Assembly: GCA_963771885.1 (NCBI GenBank)
Contig: CAVYVF010000023.1
Coordinates: forward strand, 64,001 to 128,000
Length of the DNA: 64,000 bases
Direction: 5' to 3'
Source: Candidatus Bathyarchaeota archaeon
Lineage (GTDB): Archaea > Thermoproteota > Bathyarchaeia > TCS64
Shown here: positions 1 to 9,982 of the stretch, piece by piece
How the letters are laid out: each line of letters starts with the position of its first letter
Position numbering within the stretch: position 1 is the stretch's first letter
Notes under the pieces: model-generated
What the model was told of the DNA's origin: nothing
The model's input: only the letters and a program-made list of their open reading frames with translations
Databases searched by the model: none
Translations under genes and position numbers: made by a program

Positions 1-1
1 G

Positions 2-58
2 CGCCACCAGTACGACACCTTCGCTATCATTACATTCGAGAAGCAGATCAAGAAGTAA
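2..58 (+). CDS. 3' end of a gene entering the window, probably another MBL-fold hydrolase paralog
   Basis: Reads RHQYDTFAIITFEKQIKK*, resembling the C-termini of the MBL paralogs at 1968 (RKYDFGRFSIV) and 2913 (RRYDYARFALIV). Confidence 0.4.
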   Translation, partial: RHQYDTFAIITFEKQIKK

Positions 59-289
59 GGCAGTCGCGAGCGCACGGTTTTATTGTAGTTGCCTTCACAG
101 ACATCCAGGTAAAAAGCCCGTTGAGATTATCCGACTCCTTCATGGAGATTCTCGCCACGTTTAGCCCCGTCTTCATCTCGGATACCAGATCAGCGATCCC
201 AACCGTCTTTCCCTTCATCGCGCCGCTTGCGTCCTCGCTCGTACCGTTTGCCGAAGCCAGCCCTTTGCCGAGACTGACCTCCGGTATCG

Positions 290-695
290 CGCGTTTATTC
301 GACAAGTTTGGTAACACTGAGAAAGAGATCGCGACTATTTCCGTCAAGAGTCGGGCATACATCGCTAACAGGCTAAGGCTGCTCCACATGGACTACAACC
401 AAGCCCAAAGTGTTTTGGCCAAAACACAACCCCCCCTCGGGCAGCCCTAAAGATCCAGACCACACCAATCACCGAAAAATACCGACTAGCAGACCTCATG
501 ATAAACTGGAACCTCAGCTTCGAGGAACTGAGATCCGCCACCCAAACAATACGCGCCAACGGGGATACCATCCGGTTCAACCGAAGCGTCCCCGTCAAAG
601 GCCTCATCACCGATCCAAGGTACCAAGACGCGGATGCGTCCCACCCCGAGAAATACCCGGCGAGAGGCGTGCAACTGTACCCCATATCCGTTTAG
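290..695 (+). pseudogene. ParB/Spo0J-like remnant (HTH and C-terminal half)
   Basis: FGNTEKEIATISVKSRAYIANRLRLL matches the ParB HTH pattern (TQEEIA..VGKSRSYIAN.LRLL). After a frameshift near 445 it continues LKIQ...YRLADLMINWNLSFEELR. No N-terminal ParB domain is visible. Confidence 0.55.
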
Positions 696-1494
696 GTGGA
701 TGGCGTCGTCCGCTGGGGAGACTTGATGGTGGTGGCGGCTCGAAGCCGGGGAGTGGATACGCTTGATGTTGAGATCGTTGTGAGCTCCTCAGAGGAAGGG
801 AGGGGAGTGCCCGCTGCTGGTAGTTGAGCCCCTCGCCGCCGTGGGCGACGTTGAAGCCGCGGAGCTGCCCTCTACGGGCGAACCTCCTCATGCTTGATAA
901 TGACGCGTGCTCGGATTCCCCGGTAACGTGCACTTGGTTAATTTGCCGGGGTGAATCCTCGGAGGGTTATGCTTCCGCGAAGCGGCGCCTTAGTATCTCC
1001 CTCCTCAATTTGGTTGGAGGCGTTTTATGTAAAACGTTGACGGCTTTTACGGCGCCTCGATGCTTGGCTGGTGCCCGGCTCCTATCGGCTCGTGGGGCTG
1101 GCTCTTTGTGGCTTGGTGGTTGGCTGTGTTGTGTGTCGGCGGTAGAGGTGGCTTTAGCTGCTGGTGTGTTCGGGGGCTGCGGCGGCTGGTGTGGCTTCAG
1201 CTGGGTAGACAGGGGCTGTGTTGGCTCTTAAGCGGTTGTTTTGGATGCGGCTTTTCTTCGTGGTTGGTGTGGTGGCTTCGCGGCTGCGTGCTTGGTTAGT
1301 TTGTTGTAGTGTCCTCTATGGGAGGCTTTGTAGATGGGAAGAAAATGTGTAACTAATTCTGCTAACCTAAGCCGCGGCGTGCTGCCGTGTGCCGCAGCGT
1401 GCCGCTGCAGCCATTCAGCCGAACGAGCCGAGGAGTTGAGGTATCTGCCTTGCATCTATACCCCCTTCAGTGACTGGTGGATGAAAACTGATTT

Positions 1495-1860
1495 GTTCCG
1501 CAGCAAGCGGTGTGAACCCGGTAGCCGAGGATGAAGCTCTTCTTCCACGCCCCACCCTCGCATCCGGGTCGCTTCTCCCCGTCCGGTTATCCATGGCCCT
1601 GAAGTGGGTGAAGAGCCCGTGGCTCGGCGTCTGTCTTTGGAAGCCGCACGCTGTGGCGTTCTTATGGTCGTCCTCGAGTGAGTGCGAGTCTTCGGTCGCT
1701 GGGGATTCGGAGGAGGTGTTTTGTATGCTGGGTTTTGAGTATAGCTAGGGGGTTGAGTGGGGTTCTTCCTAGGCTGTCGGTGTGGTATTGTGTCGCCAGG
1801 TCAGTTTTGATCTGGTCTAGGTTGAGTGAGTTAAGTACGTGCTTAACATTCAGCCCGTAC
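1495..1860 (-). mobile_element. Degraded DDE transposase pseudogene (IS5/IS1182-like)
   Basis: Across two frameshifts the minus strand reads GRTPLNPLAILK..KHLLRIPSDRRLA / LEDD..ATACGF..TPSHGLFTHFR / SDPDARVG..SFILGYRVHTAC. It is internally deleted and 3'-truncated; no convincing terminal inverted repeats. Confidence 0.7.
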
Positions 1861-1967
1861 TCAATGGGTGGGTGTGGATCTATTTATTCTAAACAGCCAA
1901 GCGCGCTAATTTTAAACACAGTCGGTCTACTCGATGAACCTAAAAGCCCGACGGATTTCCTTAACCC

Positions 1968-2870
1968 ATGTCGTCACCCCCGGAGGACCGGAGCGTCCTA
2001 GTCGCTGACAAGTGGTGGAGCAAGCTCCCCCGCCCAGCCTACAAGAACCTGAAGCGTATTCCCGTAACGAGTGAGTGGTTCGAGGTCTACCTCGTCGGCA
2101 AAGACACGTATGTGATCTATGAGCCAGGGCAGTATGAGGAGGCGATTAGCACACTCGTCATCGGCGGCGCCAGAGCTGCCCTCATAGACACCGGTTGTGG
2201 CATAGGCAACATCACAAAGGTTATCGACGAAATAACGGACCTCCCCGTCTTCGTTGTCAACACACACGCCCACAACGACCACATCGCCGACAACCACAGA
2301 TTCAAGGAGATATGGATGCTCGATCACCCCTGGAGTGTCGAGGCACAGAAGGGACTGCCGAACAGCGAGATGGCGCACCTAGTCGCCAAGGGGATGGTAT
2401 GGAAGCCCCTCCCAAAGGGCTTCGACCCAAAGAGGTACATCGTACCTCCCTTCAAGGTAGCGCACTTCTTCAAGGATGGCGAGGAGATCGACCTCGGAGG
2501 CAGGATGCTAGAGGTTATACATACACCCGGGCATACACCCGACTCGTGCTGTATCCTCGACCGTGACCACCGCTTCCTCTTCACCGGCGACATGTTCTAC
2601 ACTGGCGGCATCTACACCTACCTCAACGGCGGGGACATACCTACATTCATCAAAAGCTACGCGAAGATGCTCACGTTTTACGATGATTTTGACCACCTTA
2701 TGCCGAGCCATAACGAGCCATACGTCGAGAAGGAACTTCTCAAGCAGGTTTTGAAGGCGGTTGAGGATGTGGCAGCGGGGAAGGGAAAGTACGTAGAGGG
2801 GAAGGACTTGGGCATCCCCATCAGGAAGTATGACTTCGGCCGCTTCAGCATAGTCTCCCGCGCCCCCTAG
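1968..2870 (+). CDS. MBL-fold metallo-hydrolase
   Basis: THAHNDH, HTPGHT, FTGD and PSH metal-binding motifs. Confidence 0.9.
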   Translation: MSSPPEDRSVLVADKWWSKLPRPAYKNLKRIPVTSEWFEVYLVGKDTYVIYEPGQYEEAISTLVIGGARAALIDTGCGIGNITKVIDEITDLPVFVVNTHAHNDHIADNHRFKEIWMLDHPWSVEAQKGLPNSEMAHLVAKGMVWKPLPKGFDPKRYIVPPFKVAHFFKDGEEIDLGGRMLEVIHTPGHTPDSCCILDRDHRFLFTGDMFYTGGIYTYLNGGDIPTFIKSYAKMLTFYDDFDHLMPSHNEPYVEKELLKQVLKAVEDVAAGKGKYVEGKDLGIPIRKYDFGRFSIVSRAP

Positions 2871-2912
2871 AGCCCGATAGGGTAATATTCGCGTCGCGCC
2901 TCGTATCGCGCT

Positions 2913-3821
2913 ATGGCATACTCGAACAAGACGGACCCCGGGCTCATCGTTCCGAAGAAGTGGTACGAGTCCCTCCCACGCAAGAGCTGGAGCAGATTCG
3001 ACAAGGTCGAGACCAGCCAGCCCTGGTTCAGCGTCTACGAGACCACCCCTGACACCTACGCCCTCTACGAGGACGGTCAGTTCGAGGAGGTGATCAGCTA
3101 CCTTGTCATCGGCGAGGACACCGCCGCCCTAATCGACACAGGCAACGGTATCGGCGACATAAAGGCACTTTGCGAGGAGCTCACCGACCTGCCAATGATG
3201 GTCGTCAACACCCACGCCCACCTCGACCACACCGGCGGCAACTCGGCTTTCGAGGAAATAGCCCTCTTCGACCACCCCTGGTCTAGGGAGAGGACGAAGG
3301 GCAGGCCAAAGGAGGGCATAGACGTCGGCAACTATGTAAGTGGCGAAATGGTATGGAAGCCGCTCCCTCGCGACGTGGACCCGAAGACGTGGCACACCGA
3401 CCCCTTCACCGTCACGCGGTGGATGAAGGAGGGTGACGAGATAGACCTCGGTGGCAAGAAGCTGGAGGTCATACACACCCCCGGGCACACGCCCGACAGC
3501 GTCTGCCTACTCGAGCGCAACGAGCGCCTCCTCTTCACCGGCGACATCTTCTACCCCGCCCCCATCTACATCTACTCTCCCGACTCCGATATTGACGAGT
3601 TCATCAGCAGCTTCCGTAAAATGGTCAGGGCTGACTACGATTACGCGATGCCCGCACACAACGAGGCGATGGTCGAGAAGAAGGTCGTCGAGGACGTGCT
3701 CAACGCCATCGAGGCGATAAAGGCAGGGAAGGCCGGCACGTTCAAGCCCGGAGTAGCCAACGGAATCAAGGTCCGCCGCTACGACTACGCCCGATTCGCA
3801 CTTATCGTCCGCGACGAGTAG
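2913..3821 (+). CDS. MBL-fold metallo-hydrolase, tandem paralog of 1968..2870
   Basis: THAHLDH, HTPGHTPDS, FTGD and PAH motifs; colinear similarity with the upstream gene. Confidence 0.9.
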   Translation: MAYSNKTDPGLIVPKKWYESLPRKSWSRFDKVETSQPWFSVYETTPDTYALYEDGQFEEVISYLVIGEDTAALIDTGNGIGDIKALCEELTDLPMMVVNTHAHLDHTGGNSAFEEIALFDHPWSRERTKGRPKEGIDVGNYVSGEMVWKPLPRDVDPKTWHTDPFTVTRWMKEGDEIDLGGKKLEVIHTPGHTPDSVCLLERNERLLFTGDIFYPAPIYIYSPDSDIDEFISSFRKMVRADYDYAMPAHNEAMVEKKVVEDVLNAIEAIKAGKAGTFKPGVANGIKVRRYDYARFALIVRDE

Positions 3822-3856
3822 CCCACCTTTTTAAATACAAAAACCCCTCCTCAACC

Positions 3857-4480
3857 GTGGCCGAAACGCGGATACACGTCGTCGAGCACCGCCTGGCGGG
3901 GCTATTCCCCGTAGTCAACTCATACATAGCCGAAGGGCAGGACCTCATGCTCATAGACACGGGGCTCAACAACGGCTCCGCCAATACAATCACCAAGAAG
4001 CTCGAGTCCCTCGAACACAAGCTCTCCGACGTCGACCTCTGCATAATAACCCATGCCCACAGGGACCACCTCGGCGGCCTCAAGACACTCAAGGGGAGGC
4101 TTCCACCCCTCCTCGTCGCAGCTCACGACTCCGAGGCTGACGAGGTCGAGAGGGCGACTGGCGTCGAGGTAGACCTCCGCCTCATTGACGGCCAGAACAT
4201 CGGCGGGTTCACGGTAGCCTACCTCCCCGGCCACACTCTCGGCAGCATAGCACTTCTCGGCGCCGGCACGCTCATCGCCGGAGACGCCCTCAACGGCGGT
4301 GGTGCCGAACTAAAGGGGCCGAACCCCATGTTCACGAAGGACAGAGACGCTGCCGCGGCGAGTGTCAGGAGCCTTGCCGACCTCGACTTCGAGAGGGTTC
4401 TAGTCGGCCACGGGTCAGGAGTCGAGAAGGGGGGCAAGGAGGTACTCCTCCGCCTCATCGAGAGCATGGGCGAGCCTTGA
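3857..4480 (+). CDS. MBL-fold metallo-hydrolase (glyoxalase II-like)
   Basis: THAHRDH, PGHT, AGD and VGHG motifs. Confidence 0.88.
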   Translation: MAETRIHVVEHRLAGLFPVVNSYIAEGQDLMLIDTGLNNGSANTITKKLESLEHKLSDVDLCIITHAHRDHLGGLKTLKGRLPPLLVAAHDSEADEVERATGVEVDLRLIDGQNIGGFTVAYLPGHTLGSIALLGAGTLIAGDALNGGGAELKGPNPMFTKDRDAAAASVRSLADLDFERVLVGHGSGVEKGGKEVLLRLIESMGEP

Positions 4481-4526
4481 CGGCCCAGATACGTTGAAAT
4501 GGGCGGCGATTCGGCTCCTATACGGT

Positions 4527-5690
4527 ATGTCCCAGTCTAGGAGCCGTCTGCTGAACTTTCTGATGGTCTTCCAGATGACTGGCTCCTTCAAGATGGGCAT
4601 TGTCGCACCCATCCTCGCCCTTCTCATCAGGCGGCAGGGAGTTTCCATCGTCGATATAGGCGTCCTCGGCGTCGCGGGGATGCTGGGGTGGCTCATCTTC
4701 GAGCCGCTCAGCGGCGCCATCGCGGACAGGGTGAACAGGCGGCTCATGATCGCATTCGCCTCGGTCTCCACCGCCGCCATATACGTCCTCTACCCCCTCG
4801 CGACCGAGTTCATCCACTTCCTCGTCCTCGCATTCGCTATGAGCAGCCTCTCCTCCGCCTCCAGCGTCCCGACCCGGGCGCTCCTCACTGACCTCATACC
4901 CGCCTCTGGCCGGGGCCATACCTACGGCAGATACATGATGATGGTGAGCGGAAGCTCGGTAATAGCACCCTTCCTCGGTGGCTACTTCTCTGAGACGCTC
5001 GGCTACGCCTTCCCATTCTACACCGCCGCCGGAGTCGGCGTGATAGGCCTCGCCGCAATCGTACTCATGGGGCCACTACCCCAGACCGAGAAACGGGAGC
5101 AGATTAAAATGAAGATATCTGACGTCCTGAGTAACGATCTAGTCAACCTCTACGTCGTCCGAGGGCTATACTTCTTCACGTTCCCGTTCAGGAGCGGCTT
5201 CCTCCCCATACTGCTGAACGAGAGCGCCCTACACGCCTCGGAGACCGAGATCGGCACATACATGACACTCGTGAGCCTGATGGCCGCAACCTCGCAGGCG
5301 TTCCTCGGCGATTTCATCGACCGTGTCGGAGGCAGGAGGATAATAGTTGGGACGATCAGCCTGCTCGCAGTCACATATCTGGGATTGCTAGCAGTTACTT
5401 GGGTACCGATTCTCTTCATCATAGGCGCCGTTCAGGGCGTGCTGCAGGCGGGTGCCGACACGAGCATGATGATCCACCTGATGAGCCTCCCTAACAAGGG
5501 GAAAAGCGGCTTGGTGATGGGCCTCTTCGCCGAGTCGGAGAACATCGGCGGCATCATCGCCAACCCTGCTTTAGGCTACACGTATACCGTCTTCGGCCCC
5601 CTTTCATCGCTGGTCCTGATCTCAGGCATCCTAATAGTGACCGCCGGCTTTTCAGCCGTCAGATTGAAGCCGAAGCCAACAGAATCATAA
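4527..5690 (+). CDS. MFS transporter
   Basis: About 12 hydrophobic segments; motif A in both halves (GAIADRVNRR, GDFIDRVGGRR); ATG at 4527 preferred as start. Confidence 0.9.
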   Translation: MSQSRSRLLNFLMVFQMTGSFKMGIVAPILALLIRRQGVSIVDIGVLGVAGMLGWLIFEPLSGAIADRVNRRLMIAFASVSTAAIYVLYPLATEFIHFLVLAFAMSSLSSASSVPTRALLTDLIPASGRGHTYGRYMMMVSGSSVIAPFLGGYFSETLGYAFPFYTAAGVGVIGLAAIVLMGPLPQTEKREQIKMKISDVLSNDLVNLYVVRGLYFFTFPFRSGFLPILLNESALHASETEIGTYMTLVSLMAATSQAFLGDFIDRVGGRRIIVGTISLLAVTYLGLLAVTWVPILFIIGAVQGVLQAGADTSMMIHLMSLPNKGKSGLVMGLFAESENIGGIIANPALGYTYTVFGPLSSLVLISGILIVTAGFSAVRLKPKPTES

Positions 5691-5715
5691 ACACCAGGGG
5701 GCTCCACTACGATCA

Positions 5716-6648
5716 ATGTTGAAGCAGGTTATCGAGACAATGGAGCTGCTCGACTCCGCGAAGGTGTCAGGGAAGGACGTAGCAGCACTCCTCAAGGCAA
5801 GGGGGCTCGAAGACGTCACAGTGAAGACCCTGCGGGGTGAGAAGGGGAAGACCGACTTCGTCAGAGCGAAGATACCCGGCACGAGGGGAAAGACAGCCAA
5901 GGGAGACGCCCCGACGCTCGGTGTCCTCGGCCGCCTCGGAGGGGTCGGAGCCCGCCCGGAGATGATCGGGCTCGTCTCCGACGCCGACGGCGCCATCACG
6001 GCGGTCGCAACAGCTCTAAAGCTCGCCGACATGAAGGCAAATGGGGATCCGCTCCCCGGCGACGTGGTCATCGGGACACACATCTGTCCTGACTCGCCTA
6101 CGATACCCCACAAACCCGTGCCCTTCATGGGTTCCCCCGTCGCATTCGCCGACATTGCCGGGCAGGAGGTTACCTTCGACATGGACGCGATCCTTAGCGT
6201 CGACACGACCAAGGGCAATAGGATAGCCAAGTGGAGAGGCTTCGCCATAACCCCAACCGCAAAGCAGGGCTGGCTACTCAAGGTCAGCGACGACCTACTC
6301 ACAATTATGGAGATAGTCACCGGCAGGATAGCAAGGGTCTGCCCACTATCCACCCAAGATATAACCCCTTACGGCAACGGCATCGACCACATTAACAGCA
6401 TAATGCAGCCCTGCACCGTCACCGATAAGCCAGTCGTCGGTATCGCAATCACAACCGAATCCGTCGTCCCCGGTTGCGCCACGGGTGCCAGCCACCCAGA
6501 GGATATTGAGGAGGCGACGCGGTTCTGCGTCGAGGTCGCTAAGGCGTATGGAAAAGGGCTCTGCAGCTTCTACAATGAGGACGAATGGCGAATAATAGAA
6601 AGGAAATACGGCCCACTCAAGCTCCTGCAGACACCCGGGAAAAGTTAA
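5716..6648 (+). CDS. DUF1177 family protein
   Basis: Characteristic GRLGGVGARP, VSDADGA, SVDTTKGNR, YGNGIDHINSIMQP and GCATGASH segments. Confidence 0.8.
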   Translation: MLKQVIETMELLDSAKVSGKDVAALLKARGLEDVTVKTLRGEKGKTDFVRAKIPGTRGKTAKGDAPTLGVLGRLGGVGARPEMIGLVSDADGAITAVATALKLADMKANGDPLPGDVVIGTHICPDSPTIPHKPVPFMGSPVAFADIAGQEVTFDMDAILSVDTTKGNRIAKWRGFAITPTAKQGWLLKVSDDLLTIMEIVTGRIARVCPLSTQDITPYGNGIDHINSIMQPCTVTDKPVVGIAITTESVVPGCATGASHPEDIEEATRFCVEVAKAYGKGLCSFYNEDEWRIIERKYGPLKLLQTPGKS

Positions 6649-6697
6649 AATTAGCGCATTTTATAAAACCCGATTCCCTTCAGAGCACCCGAGCAAG

Positions 6698-7162
6698 ATG
6701 TTATTCAAGAAGATACTCGTGGCATTCGACGGGTCCGAGCCGTCGAAGCGAGCTATAGATTACGCCGCTGACATGGCACACTCATGCAAGGGCAGCCTTG
6801 TGATACTCACCGTTGTCCCCAAGGTAACCATACCGATATTCCCCGACGAGGGCTTCGGCACGGTCCCAGTCACCACATCACCCGACTGGGCCGAGTACCA
6901 GGAGAAGATGAACGAGACATACAGGAAGAGCCAGGACGACGCCGTCAAGGACCTCAAGGAGCACTACCCCAAGCTTTCCGTCGAGGCCCTCCTCCTCGAG
7001 GGGCGCCCCAGTGCCACGATCGTAGAGCAGGCTGAGAAGAATCAGACCGACCTCATAGTGATCGGTAGCAGAGGCCTCGGAGGCATCAGTGGCTGGATAC
7101 TCGGCTCTACAAGCAGGCGCGTCGTAGAGTCCTGTACGAAGCCTGTACTCGTCATAAAGTAG
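6698..7162 (+). CDS. Universal stress protein (UspA family)
   Basis: KKILVAFDGS...DLIVIGSRGLG...LGSTS..V...PVLVIK. Confidence 0.93.
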   Translation: MLFKKILVAFDGSEPSKRAIDYAADMAHSCKGSLVILTVVPKVTIPIFPDEGFGTVPVTTSPDWAEYQEKMNETYRKSQDDAVKDLKEHYPKLSVEALLLEGRPSATIVEQAEKNQTDLIVIGSRGLGGISGWILGSTSRRVVESCTKPVLVIK

Positions 7163-7381
7163 CAGAGGCGAGTCCGAGCCCACCCTGGACTATTTCTCGT
7201 CGCGAACGCACACATTTTTTTTAACAAGTTAAAGTATTTTTAAGATAACAATAATTTTTCAATTTTTTTCAAGGCAAATAAGGAAATTTACCACGTAATG
7301 ATATCGATAGAGGAGAAGGGGTTGGTATGTTCCTTAAGTAACCCTTTTCCTCATGGCACGCGATCAGATAACAGACCAGCT

Positions 7382-8272
7382 TTGGAGGTCGAGGAGCAGT
7401 ACATCGAGGCCGGGAAGATCGCTGCCAAGGTCCGTGAGCAGATACGCGGTGAGGTCAAACCAGGCGTGAAGGCCATTGACATCTGTGAACGCGTCGAGTC
7501 ACTGACTAGACAGCTTGGCGGCCAGCCAGCGTTCCCATGCAACGTCGACATCAATCAGGTCGCAGCTCACTACGCTTCGCCGGTCGGCGACCAGACCATA
7601 ATCCAGCAGGGCCAGGTCGTCAAAGTCGACATAGGGACGCACATTGATGGCTATATAGCCGACACGGCGGTAACTATCTGCCTCGACCCCGCTTTGACGC
7701 AGATGGTCAAAGCCGCTGAGGAGGCGCTCGCCGTCGCAATATCCGTTGTGAAGGCGGGCGTCAGGGCATCTGACGTCGGCGCCACAATCGAGCACACGAT
7801 AAAGAACCGCGGCTTCAAACCCATCAGGAACCTCACCGGCCACAAGCTCAGCCGATATATAGTACATGCGGGACGCAGCATCCCTAACGTTGCCGGCTAC
7901 GAGCTCCACAGGCTCGAGGAGGGCGAGGTTTACGCCATCGAGCCCTTCAGCGTCCTCAACAACGCCGTCGGCGAGGTTCGCGACGGGCCGCCTAGCCACA
8001 TATACCGCTTCGAGAAGAAGCGAAACCTTGAGGGGGTGACCAAGCAGATGCTCGCATTTATTCAGCAGGAGTATAGGACTCTGCCTTTCTGCAGCCGCTG
8101 GATTATGAAGAGGTTCCCGGGCCCCGAGGGACAGAAAGCCTTCAGCGACCTCCTTGCAAGCCGATGTATAATGGGCTACCCGCAGTTACTGGAAAAATCG
8201 GGTGGCCCCGTCGCACAGGCGGAGCACACAGTCGTCGTTCAGAAGGATGGCTGCCTAGTCACAACCCGCTGA
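7382..8272 (+). CDS. map: Type II methionine aminopeptidase
   Basis: AFPCN..AAHY, KVDIGTHIDGYIADTA, NLTGH, AIEPF and AQAEHT motifs; TTG at 7382 preferred as start. Confidence 0.93.
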   Translation: MEVEEQYIEAGKIAAKVREQIRGEVKPGVKAIDICERVESLTRQLGGQPAFPCNVDINQVAAHYASPVGDQTIIQQGQVVKVDIGTHIDGYIADTAVTICLDPALTQMVKAAEEALAVAISVVKAGVRASDVGATIEHTIKNRGFKPIRNLTGHKLSRYIVHAGRSIPNVAGYELHRLEEGEVYAIEPFSVLNNAVGEVRDGPPSHIYRFEKKRNLEGVTKQMLAFIQQEYRTLPFCSRWIMKRFPGPEGQKAFSDLLASRCIMGYPQLLEKSGGPVAQAEHTVVVQKDGCLVTTR

Positions 8273-8714
8273 GATCGTCCTTCTTCTTATCCTTCTCGTC
8301 TTCCTTCTTCCTTGCTATCTTCGTCACCATCATCATACCGTCGCAGCGCGTGCATGGCTCGTCGTCCTTGAAGACGAAGTCGCCACGCTTGAAGTCGCGG
8401 ACGCGCTTCTGCTGGCACTTGGGACACTCGAGGGTCGTGTAGACCTCAACCTTCTTTATCTCAAGTGGTTCATGCTTCGCCTCCCCGACCGGGGCTTTGC
8501 CCCTGAAGAGGAGGTAGCCTATCGCTGCGAACCCGGCGGCGCCTAGGAAGAGGAATATGAGGGCGATGTCGGGATTGTCCCCGTAGTTGATGAAGCCCAT
8601 GTAAAGGCTGAGCAGGCTAAGGAAGCCGACTATAAGTATGGCGGCGTATGCGACCCAGCTGGCGGTCATGCCCGCTGCTGGTGCTGTGCTGCTGCCCTGA
8701 TCTCCCGCCATCAT
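8259..8714 (-). CDS. Membrane protein with two TM helices and a C-terminal Zn-ribbon
   Basis: Two hydrophobic helices, then CPKC...CTRC; start overlaps the DUF1512 stop codon. Confidence 0.7.
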   Translation of the reverse strand: MMAGDQGSSTAPAAGMTASWVAYAAILIVGFLSLLSLYMGFINYGDNPDIALIFLFLGAAGFAAIGYLLFRGKAPVGEAKHEPLEIKKVEVYTTLECPKCQQKRVRDFKRGDFVFKDDEPCTRCDGMMMVTKIARKKEDEKDKKKDDLSGL

Positions 8715-9832
8715 TGACCAACTCCTATGGTGTTGCCGATCCCGGCAACCACGACCACGTCTCCTGGCTCCGTGTAGTCCATGATTATGCGCTTGACCGA
8801 CTCTATAGCCTTGTCCGTGGCGTCGAAGAGCGGCTCAACTAGTGGGGCGACGACGTGCTCCATTCCCTGCTTTATTGCGATGGCGTGCATGGGTATCTTG
8901 TACTTCACGGCGACCTCCTCCATCCTGAACTTCTCCTTACCCGTGCCTCCGATGGCAGCGCCTATGCCCTCGCTAACCTGGCCTACGGGCTCGCCCTCGA
9001 GTTTGCCCGCGGCGTCGACAGTGATGATTATTTTTACCTTCCCCTTGCGGGCCTTGAGGATGTTTATCAGACCCTCGTCTGGGTTGCCGACGCTTCCGCC
9101 GGGTCCTTTTGCCTTGAAGACAACGAGCGTCCTTCCCTCGTAGGGCACCTCCGCCGCCACTATCTCCTCGGCGATGTCTGTCTGCGGGTAGCCGTGCATC
9201 ATCTTGGCGGCGACTATCGGGCCGACGCCGTCGCCTATGGGCATGCCCTCCTGGAACGCCTGTATGCCCGAGGCGTATGCCTCGACCATCTGGACGAGCT
9301 GGGGTAGGATCATGTGGACTTGCATTATGACGTAGATGTTCATCGTCTTCTTGCCGAGGATGTAGAAGTGGCGGATCACCTTGTAGTAGAGGTTGAGCGC
9401 TTGGCTTACCTCGACGAGGTTCTCGAGGTTGTTCCTCTCGACGGGCGTCGCGTTGGGGGCGAGTGCCTTGACCTCAGCCTCATATATGCGCTTGTTTACC
9501 TTGAGGAAGTGGTCCAGCTTGTCAACAATGCCTCCCGGGTCCATGTTCTCTAGGCCGATGCTGAAGAAGTCGATGAAGCGGTCGACACGTGGGGAAATAT
9601 CCCCCGTGGGTTTACCGATCTCTGTGATCGTCTTTATTGTCTGATTACGCGCCTCATCCTTGACGTGTTTAACCTTCCTCAGAGTCACCTCGATCTGCCT
9701 GAGCATCTGGAGCGTCTGGATCTTCTGTGCGTAGAATAGGTAGACAATGAACGCTAAGCTGTATAACATCTGAAGTATGACGTTCAGGTCCGTCTCCTGT
9801 GCTGCCAAGACCTGGGTTAGAAGCAATAACAT
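8711..9832 (-). CDS. DUF1512 family membrane protein
   Basis: N-terminal TM segment; PIGDGVGP, KAKGPG, VDAAGKLEGE, GIGAAIGG and GIGNTIGVGQ motifs. Confidence 0.85.
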   Translation of the reverse strand: MLLLLTQVLAAQETDLNVILQMLYSLAFIVYLFYAQKIQTLQMLRQIEVTLRKVKHVKDEARNQTIKTITEIGKPTGDISPRVDRFIDFFSIGLENMDPGGIVDKLDHFLKVNKRIYEAEVKALAPNATPVERNNLENLVEVSQALNLYYKVIRHFYILGKKTMNIYVIMQVHMILPQLVQMVEAYASGIQAFQEGMPIGDGVGPIVAAKMMHGYPQTDIAEEIVAAEVPYEGRTLVVFKAKGPGGSVGNPDEGLINILKARKGKVKIIITVDAAGKLEGEPVGQVSEGIGAAIGGTGKEKFRMEEVAVKYKIPMHAIAIKQGMEHVVAPLVEPLFDATDKAIESVKRIIMDYTEPGDVVVVAGIGNTIGVGQ

Positions 9833-9982
9833 GCGGATCAGTGCTGTTGAAGACTAGCATAAGGTTATAAACCTTAGTCTAAGTCCCCAAGCACTAAAAA
9901 AGGGGGCTTTTCGATTCGTCAACGAATAGGGAGCAATCCTGCAAAAGTCTTTTAGGTTCCTCGTCACGGAAGCCTTGAAGAG

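Noticed and set aside
7205..7300. AT-rich tract as a replication origin
   Set aside because: No ORB repeats or cdc6/orc1 gene; consistent with terminator and promoter sequence.
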